Of a stretch of 64,000 bases of DNA, positions 27,752 through 37,598 are shown piece by piece (the first letter of the stretch is position 1; the number at the start of each line of letters is the position of its first letter). A program made the position numbers and the translations under genes. This DNA comes from Myxococcota bacterium. GTDB lineage: Bacteria > Myxococcota_A > UBA9160 > UBA6930. Location of the stretch: the NCBI GenBank assembly GCA_965223705.1, contig OZ245015.1:704001-768000 (forward strand), in the 5' to 3' direction. Under the pieces are notes generated by a model that saw nothing but the letters and a program-made list of their open reading frames with translations, did not search any database and had not been told where the DNA came from.

Positions 27752-28936
27752 ATGGAGCTCAACGAGATTCTCAAGATCGCCCTCAAGGGCGGCGCGTCGG
27801 ACATTCACCTCAAGTCCGGATTGCCCCCGATGTTCCGTCTCGATGGGGCGCTCGTTCCGCTGAAGAACGCCGAGCGGCTCTTGCCCGAAGAGCTTCAGAA
27901 AATGGCGTATTCCATCATGAATCCGGTCCAGAAAGCCCGCTTCGAAGAAGCGCGCGACGCCGACTTGGCCTACGGAATCGCCGGCCTCGGACGTTTTCGC
28001 GTCAACGTCTTCCAGCAGCGCGGCACGATCGGGATCGTCTTCCGCGTGATTCCCTTCGGCGTGAAGTCGATCGAGCAACTGCACCTGCCGAAAGTGATCG
28101 AGAAAGTCGCGATGGAAAGCCGCGGACTGATTCTCGTCACGGGGACCACGGGTTCGGGTAAGTCGACGTCTCTCGCCGCAATGATCGACTACATCAACAC
28201 CCACAAGACTTCGCACATCATGACGTGCGAGGACCCCATCGAATTCCTGATTCGGGACCGACGCTCGATCGTGAATCAGCGCGAGATCGGCGTCGACACC
28301 CAGAGCTTCTCGGCCTCCCTGCGCGCCGCTCTGCGGCAGGACCCGGACGTCATCCTGGTCGGCGAGATGCGCGATTTCGAGACGATCGAAACGGCACTCA
28401 CAGCTGCTGAGACCGGACACCTGGTCCTCAGCACGCTTCACACCCTCGATGCCGTCGAGACCGTCAACCGCATTGTCTCGGTGTTTCCCCCGTACCAGCA
28501 GAAGCAGGTAAGGCTGCAGCTGAGCGCCATTCTCAAGGCGGTCATCTCCCAGCGCCTGGTGCCTCGCGCCGACGGCAAGGGTCGCGTCCCCGCCCTCGAA
28601 GTCATGCGCTCGACGGCGCGCGTTCGCGAGTGCATTTCCGACAAGGACCGGACGAAAGAACTCCACGACGCAATTGCGAAGGGCTTCACCACCTACGGAA
28701 TGCAGACCTTCGATCAGTCGCTGATGCACCTCGTCAAAGGCGAGCTCGTGACCTACGACGAGGCCTTGAAGCACGTGTCGAACCCGGACGATTTCGCCCT
28801 GCGGTTCCGCGGAATCGCTTCCACATCCGACGGGACCTGGGACGACTTCGAAGGCGACGACGAGGACAAGGTCGAAGAGACTCTCGAAGAAGAGGTCTCG
28901 GAAGACGGCGCCGCCGACTTCATCGAACGGTTCTAG
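27752..28936 (+). CDS. pilT: PilT/PilU-family type IV pilus ATPase
   Basis: ASDIHL, GRFRVNVF, TGTTGSGKST, EDPIEF, LRQDPDVILVGEMRD, GMQTFDQ; acidic C-tail. Lacks the AIRNLIRE motif, so it may be a paralog. Confidence 0.9.
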   Translation: MELNEILKIALKGGASDIHLKSGLPPMFRLDGALVPLKNAERLLPEELQKMAYSIMNPVQKARFEEARDADLAYGIAGLGRFRVNVFQQRGTIGIVFRVIPFGVKSIEQLHLPKVIEKVAMESRGLILVTGTTGSGKSTSLAAMIDYINTHKTSHIMTCEDPIEFLIRDRRSIVNQREIGVDTQSFSASLRAALRQDPDVILVGEMRDFETIETALTAAETGHLVLSTLHTLDAVETVNRIVSVFPPYQQKQVRLQLSAILKAVISQRLVPRADGKGRVPALEVMRSTARVRECISDKDRTKELHDAIAKGFTTYGMQTFDQSLMHLVKGELVTYDEALKHVSNPDDFALRFRGIASTSDGTWDDFEGDDEDKVEETLEEEVSEDGAADFIERF

Positions 28937-28982
28937 GCCCCTTACCCGCAGGCAGCTATCCTCCGCTCGAGGAGGTCGCCGT

Positions 28983-31634
28983 TTGTCCCGTTCGTCCGCG
29001 AAGCAACCAACCGCTAAGGAAATTCGCGAGCTCTTTCTCCATTTCTTCGAGGAGAAGGGGCACCGGCGGGTTGCCAGCGCGCCGCTCCTACCCGACTCCG
29101 ATCCGACGCTGATGTTCGTCAACGCCGGGATGGTCCCGTTCAAGCGCGTCTTCCTGGGCGAGGAGACCCGGGACTATCGGCGGGCGACCACGTCGCAGAA
29201 ATGCATGCGGGTCTCCGGGAAGCACAACGATCTCGAGAATGTCGGGCGCACACCGCGCCACCACACGTTTTTCGAGATGCTGGGAAATTTTTCCTTCGGC
29301 GACTACTTCAAGGAAGACGCCATCGCCTACGCGTGGGAGCTCGTCACCGAAACCCTGGGCATTCCCGACGATCATCTCGTGGTCAGCGTGTTCCGGGAGG
29401 ACGACGAGGCCGCCGACATCTGGGAGAACCGGGTCGGTCTTCCGCGAGAACGAATCTATCGCCTGGACGAAGACGAGAATTTCTGGTCGATGGGAGACAC
29501 GGGGCCATGCGGCCCTTGTTCGGAGATTCACTACGACTACCAGCCGGGAGGCGCGTACGACGAAGACGATCCGTCCTCCGAGACCGGTCGTTTCCTCGAA
29601 ATCTGGAACCTCGTCTTCATGCAGTTCGACCGGGACGCGGCGGGCACCCTGACACCGCTGCCCGCTCCGTGTGTCGACACGGGGGCGGGGCTCGAACGAC
29701 TCGCGGCGGTGCTCCAGGGCGCGCCCTCAAACTACGACACGGATCTGTTTCGCGGCATCATCGCGCGCGCTTCGGAGCTCTCTGGGAAGTCGCCGGGGGA
29801 AAGTTCCGAGACGGACGTCTCGCTCCGCGTGATCGCCGATCACGCTCGGGCGGTTTCGTTTCTGGTAGGCGACGGCGTGCTCCCGAGCAACGAAGGGCGC
29901 GGTTACGTCCTTCGACGCATTTTGCGGCGCGCGGCCCGGCACGGTGTCTTGCTCGGAATGGATCGCCCGTTCCTACACGAGGTGACCGGAGCGGTCGTCG
30001 ACGAGATGGGCGAGGCGTATCCCGAGCTGGTCGATCGAAAGGCGTACATCGCCGATCGCGTCCGCCGCGAAGAAGAGCGGTTTCTCGAGACACTCTCCAA
30101 AGGGCTGTCCCTTTTGGAAGACGAGATCAAGGCGGTCAAAGAAAGCGGTCGTCGCGAGTTACCGGGCGCCGTCGTGTTCAAGCTCTACGACACGTATGGC
30201 TTCCCGACGGATCTCACAGAAGACATCTTGCGCGGGCACGACGTCACCCTCGACGAAGCGGGTTTTCAGCGCGAAATGGAAGCGCAGCGCGAGCGATCTC
30301 GAGAAGCGTGGAAGGGCAGCGGAGACGCTCTGGTCTCCGAAATCTACGGACGCATCGCATCGGATATCACCTGCGCGTTTCACGGTCACGGCGAGCTCGA
30401 AGGCCGTTCGGAAATCCGAGTGGTCATCCGCGACGGTGAGCCCGTCGCGGAAGCGGGTGAAGGCGATGCCGTCGAAATCGTGGTCGAGGCCACACCGTTC
30501 TACCCGGAAGGGGGCGGTCAAGTCGGTGATCGCGGCACGATTTCGACGGACGACGGAGAAGTTTCGATCGACGAGACCGCAAAGCCTGTCGACGGCCTCA
30601 TCGTGCATCGCGGTCGGGTCGAGCGGGGAACCCTTCGGGTCGGCGCCGACGCGCGGCTTTCTGTCGATGCCGTCGCTCGCGCCGCAACGGTGCGCAACCA
30701 CTCGGGGACGCATTTGCTCCATGCGGCGCTGCGACGCGTTCTGGGCGAACAGGCGATGCAAAAGGGTTCGCTCGTCTCCCCCGAGCGCCTGCGCTTCGAC
30801 TTCACTCATGACGCGCCGCTCACGCCGGAGGAGCGCGACCGGATCGAGGATTTCGTCAACACCTGGATCGAAGAAAATGCCGGGGCACAGATCCGCGAGC
30901 TGCCTTACAAGGAAGCGATCGAGGCCGGTGCGATCGCGATCTTCGAAGAAAAATACGGGGACAAGGTGCGCGTCGTTTCCTTCGGCGACGTTTCAACGGA
31001 GCTTTGCGGTGGGACCCACGCGGGGGCGACCGGCGATATCGGAGTCCTGAAGATCGTGTCGGAAACCGGGATCGCCGCAGGTGTTCGACGCGTCGAGGCG
31101 CTGACGGGACTCTCGGCCTTGTCCTACTTGCGCGATCAGGAGACCGGCCTTCGCGAGATCGGCGAGCTACTCCGGGTTCCGGCCAACGAAGCTGCGGCGC
31201 GTGTCGAGAAGCTCTTGGAAGAACGAAAGGCCCTGGAGCGCACCATCGCCGAGCTGCGTTCCGAGCAGCGCGGGGCGACATCGGCAGATCTTCTCGACGA
31301 TGCGCGGGAAGTGAACGGGATTCGCGTTCTCGCCGCTAAGGTGGAAGGCGCGAGTGGCAAAGAGTTGCGCGGCATGGTCGACGATCTCCGCGCTCGACTG
31401 GGGAGCGGCGTCGTGCTGCTCGCCGCGGAAAGCGACGGACGCGCGAGCCTCGCCCTCGGTGTGACACCCGATCTGACGGAGCGCCTGCGTGCCGGCGATC
31501 TCGTCCGAGAAGTCGCCCAGGTCTTGGGCGGCAAAGGCGGAGGGCGACCCGACTTCGCCCAGGCCGGCGGTCCCGATGCGGCGAAGCTCGGCGAGGCGTT
31601 CGAAAAGCTCGACCAACTCGTCTCCGCGGCATGA
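28983..31634 (+). CDS. alaS: Alanine-tRNA ligase
   Basis: FVNAGM, HHTFFEMLGNFSFGDYFK, EIWNLVFMQ, editing domain HSGTH/ELCGGTH, GGKGGGRPDFAQAGG. Confidence 0.99.
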   Translation: MSRSSAKQPTAKEIRELFLHFFEEKGHRRVASAPLLPDSDPTLMFVNAGMVPFKRVFLGEETRDYRRATTSQKCMRVSGKHNDLENVGRTPRHHTFFEMLGNFSFGDYFKEDAIAYAWELVTETLGIPDDHLVVSVFREDDEAADIWENRVGLPRERIYRLDEDENFWSMGDTGPCGPCSEIHYDYQPGGAYDEDDPSSETGRFLEIWNLVFMQFDRDAAGTLTPLPAPCVDTGAGLERLAAVLQGAPSNYDTDLFRGIIARASELSGKSPGESSETDVSLRVIADHARAVSFLVGDGVLPSNEGRGYVLRRILRRAARHGVLLGMDRPFLHEVTGAVVDEMGEAYPELVDRKAYIADRVRREEERFLETLSKGLSLLEDEIKAVKESGRRELPGAVVFKLYDTYGFPTDLTEDILRGHDVTLDEAGFQREMEAQRERSREAWKGSGDALVSEIYGRIASDITCAFHGHGELEGRSEIRVVIRDGEPVAEAGEGDAVEIVVEATPFYPEGGGQVGDRGTISTDDGEVSIDETAKPVDGLIVHRGRVERGTLRVGADARLSVDAVARAATVRNHSGTHLLHAALRRVLGEQAMQKGSLVSPERLRFDFTHDAPLTPEERDRIEDFVNTWIEENAGAQIRELPYKEAIEAGAIAIFEEKYGDKVRVVSFGDVSTELCGGTHAGATGDIGVLKIVSETGIAAGVRRVEALTGLSALSYLRDQETGLREIGELLRVPANEAAARVEKLLEERKALERTIAELRSEQRGATSADLLDDAREVNGIRVLAAKVEGASGKELRGMVDDLRARLGSGVVLLAAESDGRASLALGVTPDLTERLRAGDLVREVAQVLGGKGGGRPDFAQAGGPDAAKLGEAFEKLDQLVSAA

Positions 31635-33577
31635 GTCCGGCTGAACGCGTCCGCGAGGTACGCGTCGGCGACTGCACGATCGGGGGGTCGCACCCGATCC
31701 GCGTGCAGTCGATGACGACCACCGACACGAAAGACGTCCGGGCTACGGCGGACCAAGCGGAAGCGCTCGCCGCCGCCGGATGTGAAATCGTTCGCGTGAC
31801 GGCTCCGTCGCAACGAGATGCAGAAGCCCTCGCGGAAATCCGCGCCGAGCTCGATCGCCGCGGCGTCCACGTGCCGCTCGTGGCCGACATTCACTTCACG
31901 CCAAACGCCGCTCTCCTCGCCGCGGAAGCCGTCGAAAAAGTTCGCGTCAACCCCGGAAATTTCGCAGACAAAAAGCGCTTCGAGGTGCGCGAATACACCG
32001 ACGCGGAGTACGCCGATGAGGTGGCGCGGGTGGCGGACCGCTTTCGGCCGCTCGTCCGCCGTTGCCGCGAGCTGGGACGCGCCCTTCGCATTGGAACGAA
32101 CCACGGTTCGTTGTCCGACCGCATTCTCAACCGCTACGGCGACACCCCCCGCGGCATGGTCGAAAGCGCGATCGAGTTTCTCGAGGTGTGCGAGGACGAA
32201 GGCTTCTACGACGTCGTCTTCAGCATGAAGGCGAGCAACCCGCTGGTGGCGGTCCACGCGTACCGCGCACTCGCCGCGAGGCTCGAAGAGCGCGCTCCCG
32301 GCGCGCCTCGGTATCCCTTCCACGTCGGTGTCACCGAAGCCGGAGACGGCGAAGACGGGCGCGTGAAGAGCGCCATCGGCATCGGTGCGCTGCTTCAGGA
32401 CGGCCTCGGCGAGACGGTGCGAGTGTCCCTGACCGAGGATCCCGTTCGCGAAATTCCGGTCGCGCGGGCCCTGGCGGACCTCTATCCGCTGCCGAACGCG
32501 GGTTCGTCGGTTCCCGTTTGCGACTACGTCGCCGACCGCACCGAGTATCGCAGGCGCGTCTCCGACGTGACGCGACCGTCCCTGCCGGTCGGGGGTGACG
32601 CTCCGGTGCGCGTCGAGCTCGCCTCGGGCCTTTTTCCCGCGGACCCGGACACGTTCGCTCGCGAGCTCGAGCGCGCGGTATACACGACGGGCCTTTCCGC
32701 AGAGGGCGTGTTGTTCGAGGCGCCCGCGCCCGGCCAGAAACGCGACGTCGAACGCGCGGAGGCTCGTCTTGCGGAACTCCCCGCTCCGGTTCCGCTGGCC
32801 CTACGCGGACGCCCCGAAGAACTCATCGCCTTCGCGGGCGCGGTGCAGCGCTTCGTCGTGCGACTGCGCGGAGCTTCCGACTTGCCCGCGGCGCGGAAAC
32901 TCGTCGAAAGCGCCGGCGACGCCGTCGTCGAGTGGTCGTGCGACGATCCCGCGGATCCCGGCACCGAGGTGCTGGCTGCCTTCTCGCCCGCGGGCGCGAC
33001 CTGGATCTCGGCGGCGGGTGTTTCTCCGGTCGGCCCGACGCGTTCCCTCGTCGCCGCGCAACGAGAATCGGGCCTTCGGTGGCCCGTCGTGTTGCGCTGC
33101 GAGCTACCCGCGACGCAACCTTTTGAAAAAGCGCTCCTCGAGGCCTCGGCTCGAGCGGGAAGCCTTCTCTGCGACGGGATCGGAGATCTGCTTTCGCTCG
33201 GAGGCTTCGGCCCTCCGGCGGACGCGTTGCGCGTGGCTTACCGGATCCTCCAGGGCGCGCGACAGCGCACGTCGTGGACGGAGTTTATTTCGTGCCCGTC
33301 CTGCGGGCGGACGCTGTTCGATCTTGAGGAGACGACGGCGAGAGTCAAAGAGAGAACGTCCCACTTACCGGGACTCAAGATCGCCGTCATGGGTTGCGTC
33401 GTGAATGGGCCGGGCGAAATGGCCGACGCGGATTTCGGCTATGTCGGTTCGGGTCACGACAAGGTGAGTCTCTACGTCGGGCAGAACTGCGTGGTGCGCA
33501 ACGTCCCCCAAGCCGAAGCACCCGATCGGCTCGTCGATCTCATCCGAGAAGAGGGTCGCTGGGAAGATCCGAGTTGA
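31631..33577 (+). CDS. ispG: HMB-PP synthase IspG (GcpE), long three-domain form
   Basis: QSMTTTDT, PLVADIHF, RVNPGN, RIGTNHGSL, GVTEAG, SCPSCGRT and MGCVVNGPGEM; 648 aa with a central insert. Confidence 0.95.
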   Translation: MSPAERVREVRVGDCTIGGSHPIRVQSMTTTDTKDVRATADQAEALAAAGCEIVRVTAPSQRDAEALAEIRAELDRRGVHVPLVADIHFTPNAALLAAEAVEKVRVNPGNFADKKRFEVREYTDAEYADEVARVADRFRPLVRRCRELGRALRIGTNHGSLSDRILNRYGDTPRGMVESAIEFLEVCEDEGFYDVVFSMKASNPLVAVHAYRALAARLEERAPGAPRYPFHVGVTEAGDGEDGRVKSAIGIGALLQDGLGETVRVSLTEDPVREIPVARALADLYPLPNAGSSVPVCDYVADRTEYRRRVSDVTRPSLPVGGDAPVRVELASGLFPADPDTFARELERAVYTTGLSAEGVLFEAPAPGQKRDVERAEARLAELPAPVPLALRGRPEELIAFAGAVQRFVVRLRGASDLPAARKLVESAGDAVVEWSCDDPADPGTEVLAAFSPAGATWISAAGVSPVGPTRSLVAAQRESGLRWPVVLRCELPATQPFEKALLEASARAGSLLCDGIGDLLSLGGFGPPADALRVAYRILQGARQRTSWTEFISCPSCGRTLFDLEETTARVKERTSHLPGLKIAVMGCVVNGPGEMADADFGYVGSGHDKVSLYVGQNCVVRNVPQAEAPDRLVDLIREEGRWEDPS

Positions 33578-33590
33578 TGCTCCGCCGGAG

Positions 33591-34097
33591 CTAGCGCCGC
33601 GGCGGGGCCGCCACGTCGGAGCGCTCGTCGCCGAGTTCGCCGCTCGCGATGCGCTGCCCTTCGCGGAGCCAGTCGAGTGCCCGCGAATTCTGCAACCACG
33701 GATGTTCCGGTCCGACCGCCGAGAGCGCGAGCCACAACGCGAGGCCGGCGACCAGGGTTCCTTCCGTCGCGCCCAAGATTCCACCGGCGACGCGGTCGGC
33801 GCCGCCGAGACCAGCGGCGTGAAGGGTTCGCTTGAGCGCTCGTCCCGAGAACCCGATGATGAGCGCCGCGCCAATACCGATGACGAAGCCCGCGCCGATC
33901 ACGCTCAGGCCTTCGCCGGGTCCACCGGGAAATTGGTCGGCAATCGCGCGGCCGACCGGTACACCGAGAAACCGCGCCGCGAAAATGCCGCCGACCAAGG
34001 CGGCGACGGAGAAGACTTCGCGGACCACGCCGATGAATACGCCGCGCATAAGGGCGAGCCCGACGATGAACAGGGCGGCGAGATCGATGGTCTCCAA
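33591..34097 (-). CDS. cvpA: CvpA (colicin V production) family membrane protein
   Basis: ID...RGVF.G.VREVFS and DRVAGGILG motifs, four TM segments; TTG start at 34097 after GGGGGA. Confidence 0.85.
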   Translation of the reverse strand: METIDLAALFIVGLALMRGVFIGVVREVFSVAALVGGIFAARFLGVPVGRAIADQFPGGPGEGLSVIGAGFVIGIGAALIIGFSGRALKRTLHAAGLGGADRVAGGILGATEGTLVAGLALWLALSAVGPEHPWLQNSRALDWLREGQRIASGELGDERSDVAAPPRR

Positions 34098-34152
34098 TGC
34101 ATTCCCCCAAAATGACCGGCGCGAAATCGTCGAGACGATAACTTCCGCGGGG

Positions 34153-35736
34153 ATGCCCGACATCGCCATCATCGGAGGCGGCCACAACGCGCTCGTGGCG
34201 GCGGGACTGCTCGCGCGGGCCGGCTTCTCGGTCAGCGTGTATGAGCGCCGCGAGCTCGTGGGAGGCGCCTGCGTCACGGAGGAGTGCTGGCCGGGGTTCC
34301 GCGTTTCGCGCGCCGCTTACGTGGCCGGGCTGTTGCGGCCGGCGGTCATCCGAGAGCTCGAACTCGAACGGCACGGGCTTTCCATGCTGGCCCGCCGCCC
34401 CTCGTCGTTTACGCCCCTCGCTGACGGTCGGGCGCTCGTGCTCTCGCCGGAGCCGGGTGTCTCCGAACGCTCCATCGCGCAGTTCTCGCCGGAAGACGCC
34501 CGACGCTACGCCGCCTACGAAAAGCTTCTCGAAGTGTGCGCTTCCCTGGTGGAGCCGCTGCTCGACGCGCCGCCCCCCGATCCGGGGAACCTGAAGCTCG
34601 GCGACACGGCAGCGCTGTTCCGCGTCGCGCGCCGACTCTTCCCCGAGCGCAAACGTCTGTCCGAGGCGCTCGGCGTTTTCCTCGCGCCCGCTTCGGATAC
34701 GCTGCGGCGGTTTTTCGAAAGCGAGCCCCTCCGTTCGACGCTCGCAACCGACGCCGTCATCGGCGCTTTCACGAGCCCTGGAACGCCGGGGAGCGGATAC
34801 GTGCTGCTCCACCACGTGATGGGTGAGACCCATGGTGAGCGGGGGGTGTGGGCTTACGTCCGGGGGGGCATGGGTGGTCTGTCGGAGGCGATCGCCGCAT
34901 CGGCCCGCTCGGCGGGAGCGGAAATCCGAATCGGCACTTCCGTCGACGCAGTGATCGTTCGCGATGGACGCGCGCGCGGCGTAAGGCTCGACACGGGCGA
35001 GGAAGTCGCCGCGCGTTTCGTCCTCTCGGGAACCGATCCCTTTCACACGTTTTGCGAGCTCGTGCCTTCCGAAGCGTTGCCCGAAGATTTCTTGCGCGAG
35101 ATCCACACCCTCGATTTCCGAAGCCCCGTGGCGAAAATCAATCTCGCTCTCGATCGTCTCCCGCGCTTTCTCGCCTCGTCGTCGGACGGCCTGTGCGCGG
35201 AACACGCTGCGACGATTCACCTGGGTGCTTCCGACTTGGAGGATCTTGAGACGAGCTTCGCAGCGGCACAGGCCGGGCGTTTGCCCGACCGTCCGATGAT
35301 TGAAATGACGATTCCGTCATCGGTCGATGATTCGCTGGCGCCGCCGGGAAAACACGTGGCGAGTCTCTTCGTGCAGCACGTGCCGCCGGGTGAGGCGGCT
35401 TGGACCGGCGATCTGCGCGACGTGCTCGCGCAAAAGGTGTTTCGTCTTATCGACGAAGCAGCACCGGGTTTTTCCGACAGCGTGCTGCACCACGAAGTGC
35501 TGGCGCCGCCCGATGTCGCGCGGATCTTTGGTTTGCGCGGCGGCAACATCTTTCAAGGAGCGATGTCCCTCGACCGTTTGCTCTACGCGCGGCCGGTAGC
35601 CGGGTACGCGCGCTACCGGACTCCGGTGGAAGGCCTGTACTTGTGCGGCTCCGCGGCGCATCCGGGCGGCGGCGTGATGGGCGCTTGCGGAAGGAACGCG
35701 GCCCGGGAAGTCATCGCCGACGCCAAGCGCGCTTAG
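34153..35736 (+). CDS. FAD-dependent oxidoreductase, phytoene desaturase/PYROXD2-like
   Basis: IIGGGHNALVAA, VGGAC, GGMG, DDSLAPPGKH, LYLCGSAAHPGGGVMGACGRNAA. Confidence 0.88.
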   Translation: MPDIAIIGGGHNALVAAGLLARAGFSVSVYERRELVGGACVTEECWPGFRVSRAAYVAGLLRPAVIRELELERHGLSMLARRPSSFTPLADGRALVLSPEPGVSERSIAQFSPEDARRYAAYEKLLEVCASLVEPLLDAPPPDPGNLKLGDTAALFRVARRLFPERKRLSEALGVFLAPASDTLRRFFESEPLRSTLATDAVIGAFTSPGTPGSGYVLLHHVMGETHGERGVWAYVRGGMGGLSEAIAASARSAGAEIRIGTSVDAVIVRDGRARGVRLDTGEEVAARFVLSGTDPFHTFCELVPSEALPEDFLREIHTLDFRSPVAKINLALDRLPRFLASSSDGLCAEHAATIHLGASDLEDLETSFAAAQAGRLPDRPMIEMTIPSSVDDSLAPPGKHVASLFVQHVPPGEAAWTGDLRDVLAQKVFRLIDEAAPGFSDSVLHHEVLAPPDVARIFGLRGGNIFQGAMSLDRLLYARPVAGYARYRTPVEGLYLCGSAAHPGGGVMGACGRNAAREVIADAKRA

Positions 35737-35738
35737 GT

Positions 35739-36491
35739 TCAGACGGCCCGCGTTTCGCCCTCTTGCTTCACCATGCGTAGGTACATGCGGGCGTCGTCTC
35801 GCGCGGGCTCCGCTTCCGCCACCTGTCGCCAAGCTTCGATCGCTTCGGGCAGTCGGCCCAGGGTGTAGTAGGTGAGGCCGAGCTGAACACGAGCCTCGGC
35901 GTACTGTTCATTGTCTCGGAGGATGCGCGAAAGCTCGGCGATCGCCTGGGTGGGCAAACCGTGCTCGCGCAACGTGACGGCGAGTCGGTAGCGGATATCG
36001 TGAAACTTCGGGCAGCGATCGAGGGCTTTTCGGTAGGCCATGATCGCTTCGCGCAAGTCGCCGACTTCGCGATACGCGTCGCCCACCGCTGCCTGCAAAT
36101 TCGCGAGCTTGCCGCGAGTCGTCGCTTCGAGCGCTCCCGTCGCCGCTTCCTCGGCGAGAAATTCCGAGAGCTCGCGCGAGCGTTCGAAATCCCCCCGTCG
36201 CTCACACAGAGCCGACAGTGCGACCGTCGCTTCGACGTAGCGCGGGTTGATGTCCACGGCGCGTTCCAAGCACGCTGCGGCCGCGTCGAGATCGCCGAGG
36301 CGCTCGTGTACGAGACCGACCATGTAGTGGACATCGGCGTAGCGCGGACACGCTTCGAGGACGCGCCCGAGGCTTTCGAGCGCGCGTTGGTTGTCGCCTT
36401 GGGAGAACGCGAGGCTGCCCGCTTGAAAGGACTCGCGCTCGAGACGGCTCATGCGCGCCGTGGCTCGGGACTGCGGTTGCGTGTCCGCCAC
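35739..36491 (-). CDS. Tetratricopeptide-repeat protein
   Basis: Multiple TPR-like 34-aa units (YADVHYMVG, FHDIRYRLA, YAEARVQLG). Confidence 0.85.
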   Translation of the reverse strand: MADTQPQSRATARMSRLERESFQAGSLAFSQGDNQRALESLGRVLEACPRYADVHYMVGLVHERLGDLDAAAACLERAVDINPRYVEATVALSALCERRGDFERSRELSEFLAEEAATGALEATTRGKLANLQAAVGDAYREVGDLREAIMAYRKALDRCPKFHDIRYRLAVTLREHGLPTQAIAELSRILRDNEQYAEARVQLGLTYYTLGRLPEAIEAWRQVAEAEPARDDARMYLRMVKQEGETRAV

Positions 36492-36494
36492 GCG

Positions 36495-37283
36495 CTAGTT
36501 CGCCGCGGGGATCGCTTCTTCTGCAGCTTGTGCGACTTCGGTTCCTTCGAAGTTGCGCAGGATGACCTCGAAGATTTCCGTCGCTTCGTCGTCGCGGTTC
36601 ATGCGCTGGTAGCAGACACCGAGTTTGTAGAGGGCGTCGCCATCGAGCCCGAGGCCGGGGTAAGCGTCGAGCACGCGCCGAAAGCGATCGGCGGCGCTTT
36701 GGAATTCCTCGCGCTCCATATAGAAATCGCCGACCTGCATCTCCCGCGTGGCCAACCGCTCGCGGAGCTCCTTCCATAGAGCCTCGGCTTCGACGGATTC
36801 CGGAGCGTCCGGGTAGTGCCGCATCATCACTTCGAGCTGGTTGATCGCTTGCCGTGTCGGGTCTTGATCGCGGCTCGCCTCATAGGTCTGCTCGTATAGA
36901 CAGAGCGCCGAGCGCCAGATCGTGTACGGAACTTTCGGGTGGTCCGGGTGGAGATCCGCGAAATCTCGGTAGTACGACAGGGCCTCCTCGAAGCGGTCGC
37001 GTTCGAAGTAGGAATCCGCGATCTGAAGCTCCGCCAGGATCGCGTAGTCGCTGAAGGGATAGTTGTCGATGATCTCCTGGTACACGTCGATGGCGTCGAG
37101 ATAATCCGCTTCCTTGAAGATCCACGACCGGCGACCCTCTTCGAGAATCGCCGTCGCTTCCTCGTAGAGTTCTTCGGCGGAGAGGACGACGTCTTCGTAC
37201 ACCTCGGCCTCGGGCGGAGAGAGGCACCCGGACAAGAGCCCAACGGCCGCTAACGGTACGAGAATTCTACGGATTTCGTGCAT
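36495..37283 (-). CDS. bamD: Outer-membrane protein assembly factor BamD
   Basis: Lipobox LSGC, YPFSDYA...ADSYF, HPDHP, RDQ, VGDFY; TPR lipoprotein. Confidence 0.9.
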   Translation of the reverse strand: MHEIRRILVPLAAVGLLSGCLSPPEAEVYEDVVLSAEELYEEATAILEEGRRSWIFKEADYLDAIDVYQEIIDNYPFSDYAILAELQIADSYFERDRFEEALSYYRDFADLHPDHPKVPYTIWRSALCLYEQTYEASRDQDPTRQAINQLEVMMRHYPDAPESVEAEALWKELRERLATREMQVGDFYMEREEFQSAADRFRRVLDAYPGLGLDGDALYKLGVCYQRMNRDDEATEIFEVILRNFEGTEVAQAAEEAIPAAN

Positions 37284-37421
37284 CATCGAAGGACCCCAGC
37301 CGGAGGTAGGAACGCCGGAATGATGTCGTACCCCAGCTCGATCCGCGACCCTAACGGATCCTCGAGAAGCGTGTCAATTTGCTACGTTGCGCCGCCGCGT
37401 CCCCTTGATGGAGGTGTCCCC

Positions 37422-37583
37422 ATGACAGATCCCGGTACCGAACAAGAAGCCCCGGTTGAGGAGCAGATGCGCTTCGATCGCCGCCTGGCGCATCGCCCGG
37501 GCTGGCTCCCGAAAGAGAGCCTCGATCAGTACCTGGCCTCCTTGCCCGACGTGGCGGACAAGGCCGCCGAGCCCGAGGAATAG
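37422..37583 (+). CDS. Small hypothetical protein (53 aa)
   Basis: Strong GGAGGT RBS at 37410-37415; sequence MTDPG...FDRRL...YLASLPDVADKA; 15 bp before the next gene. Confidence 0.65.
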   Translation: MTDPGTEQEAPVEEQMRFDRRLAHRPGWLPKESLDQYLASLPDVADKAAEPEE

Positions 37584-37598
37584 CTTCGCCTCCTCTCG

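Noticed and set aside
33832..34277. Apparent long head-to-head overlap of cvpA and the FAD oxidoreductase
   Set aside because: Artefact of longest-ORF calling; likely starts at 34097 (-) and 34153 (+) give ordinary divergent genes.
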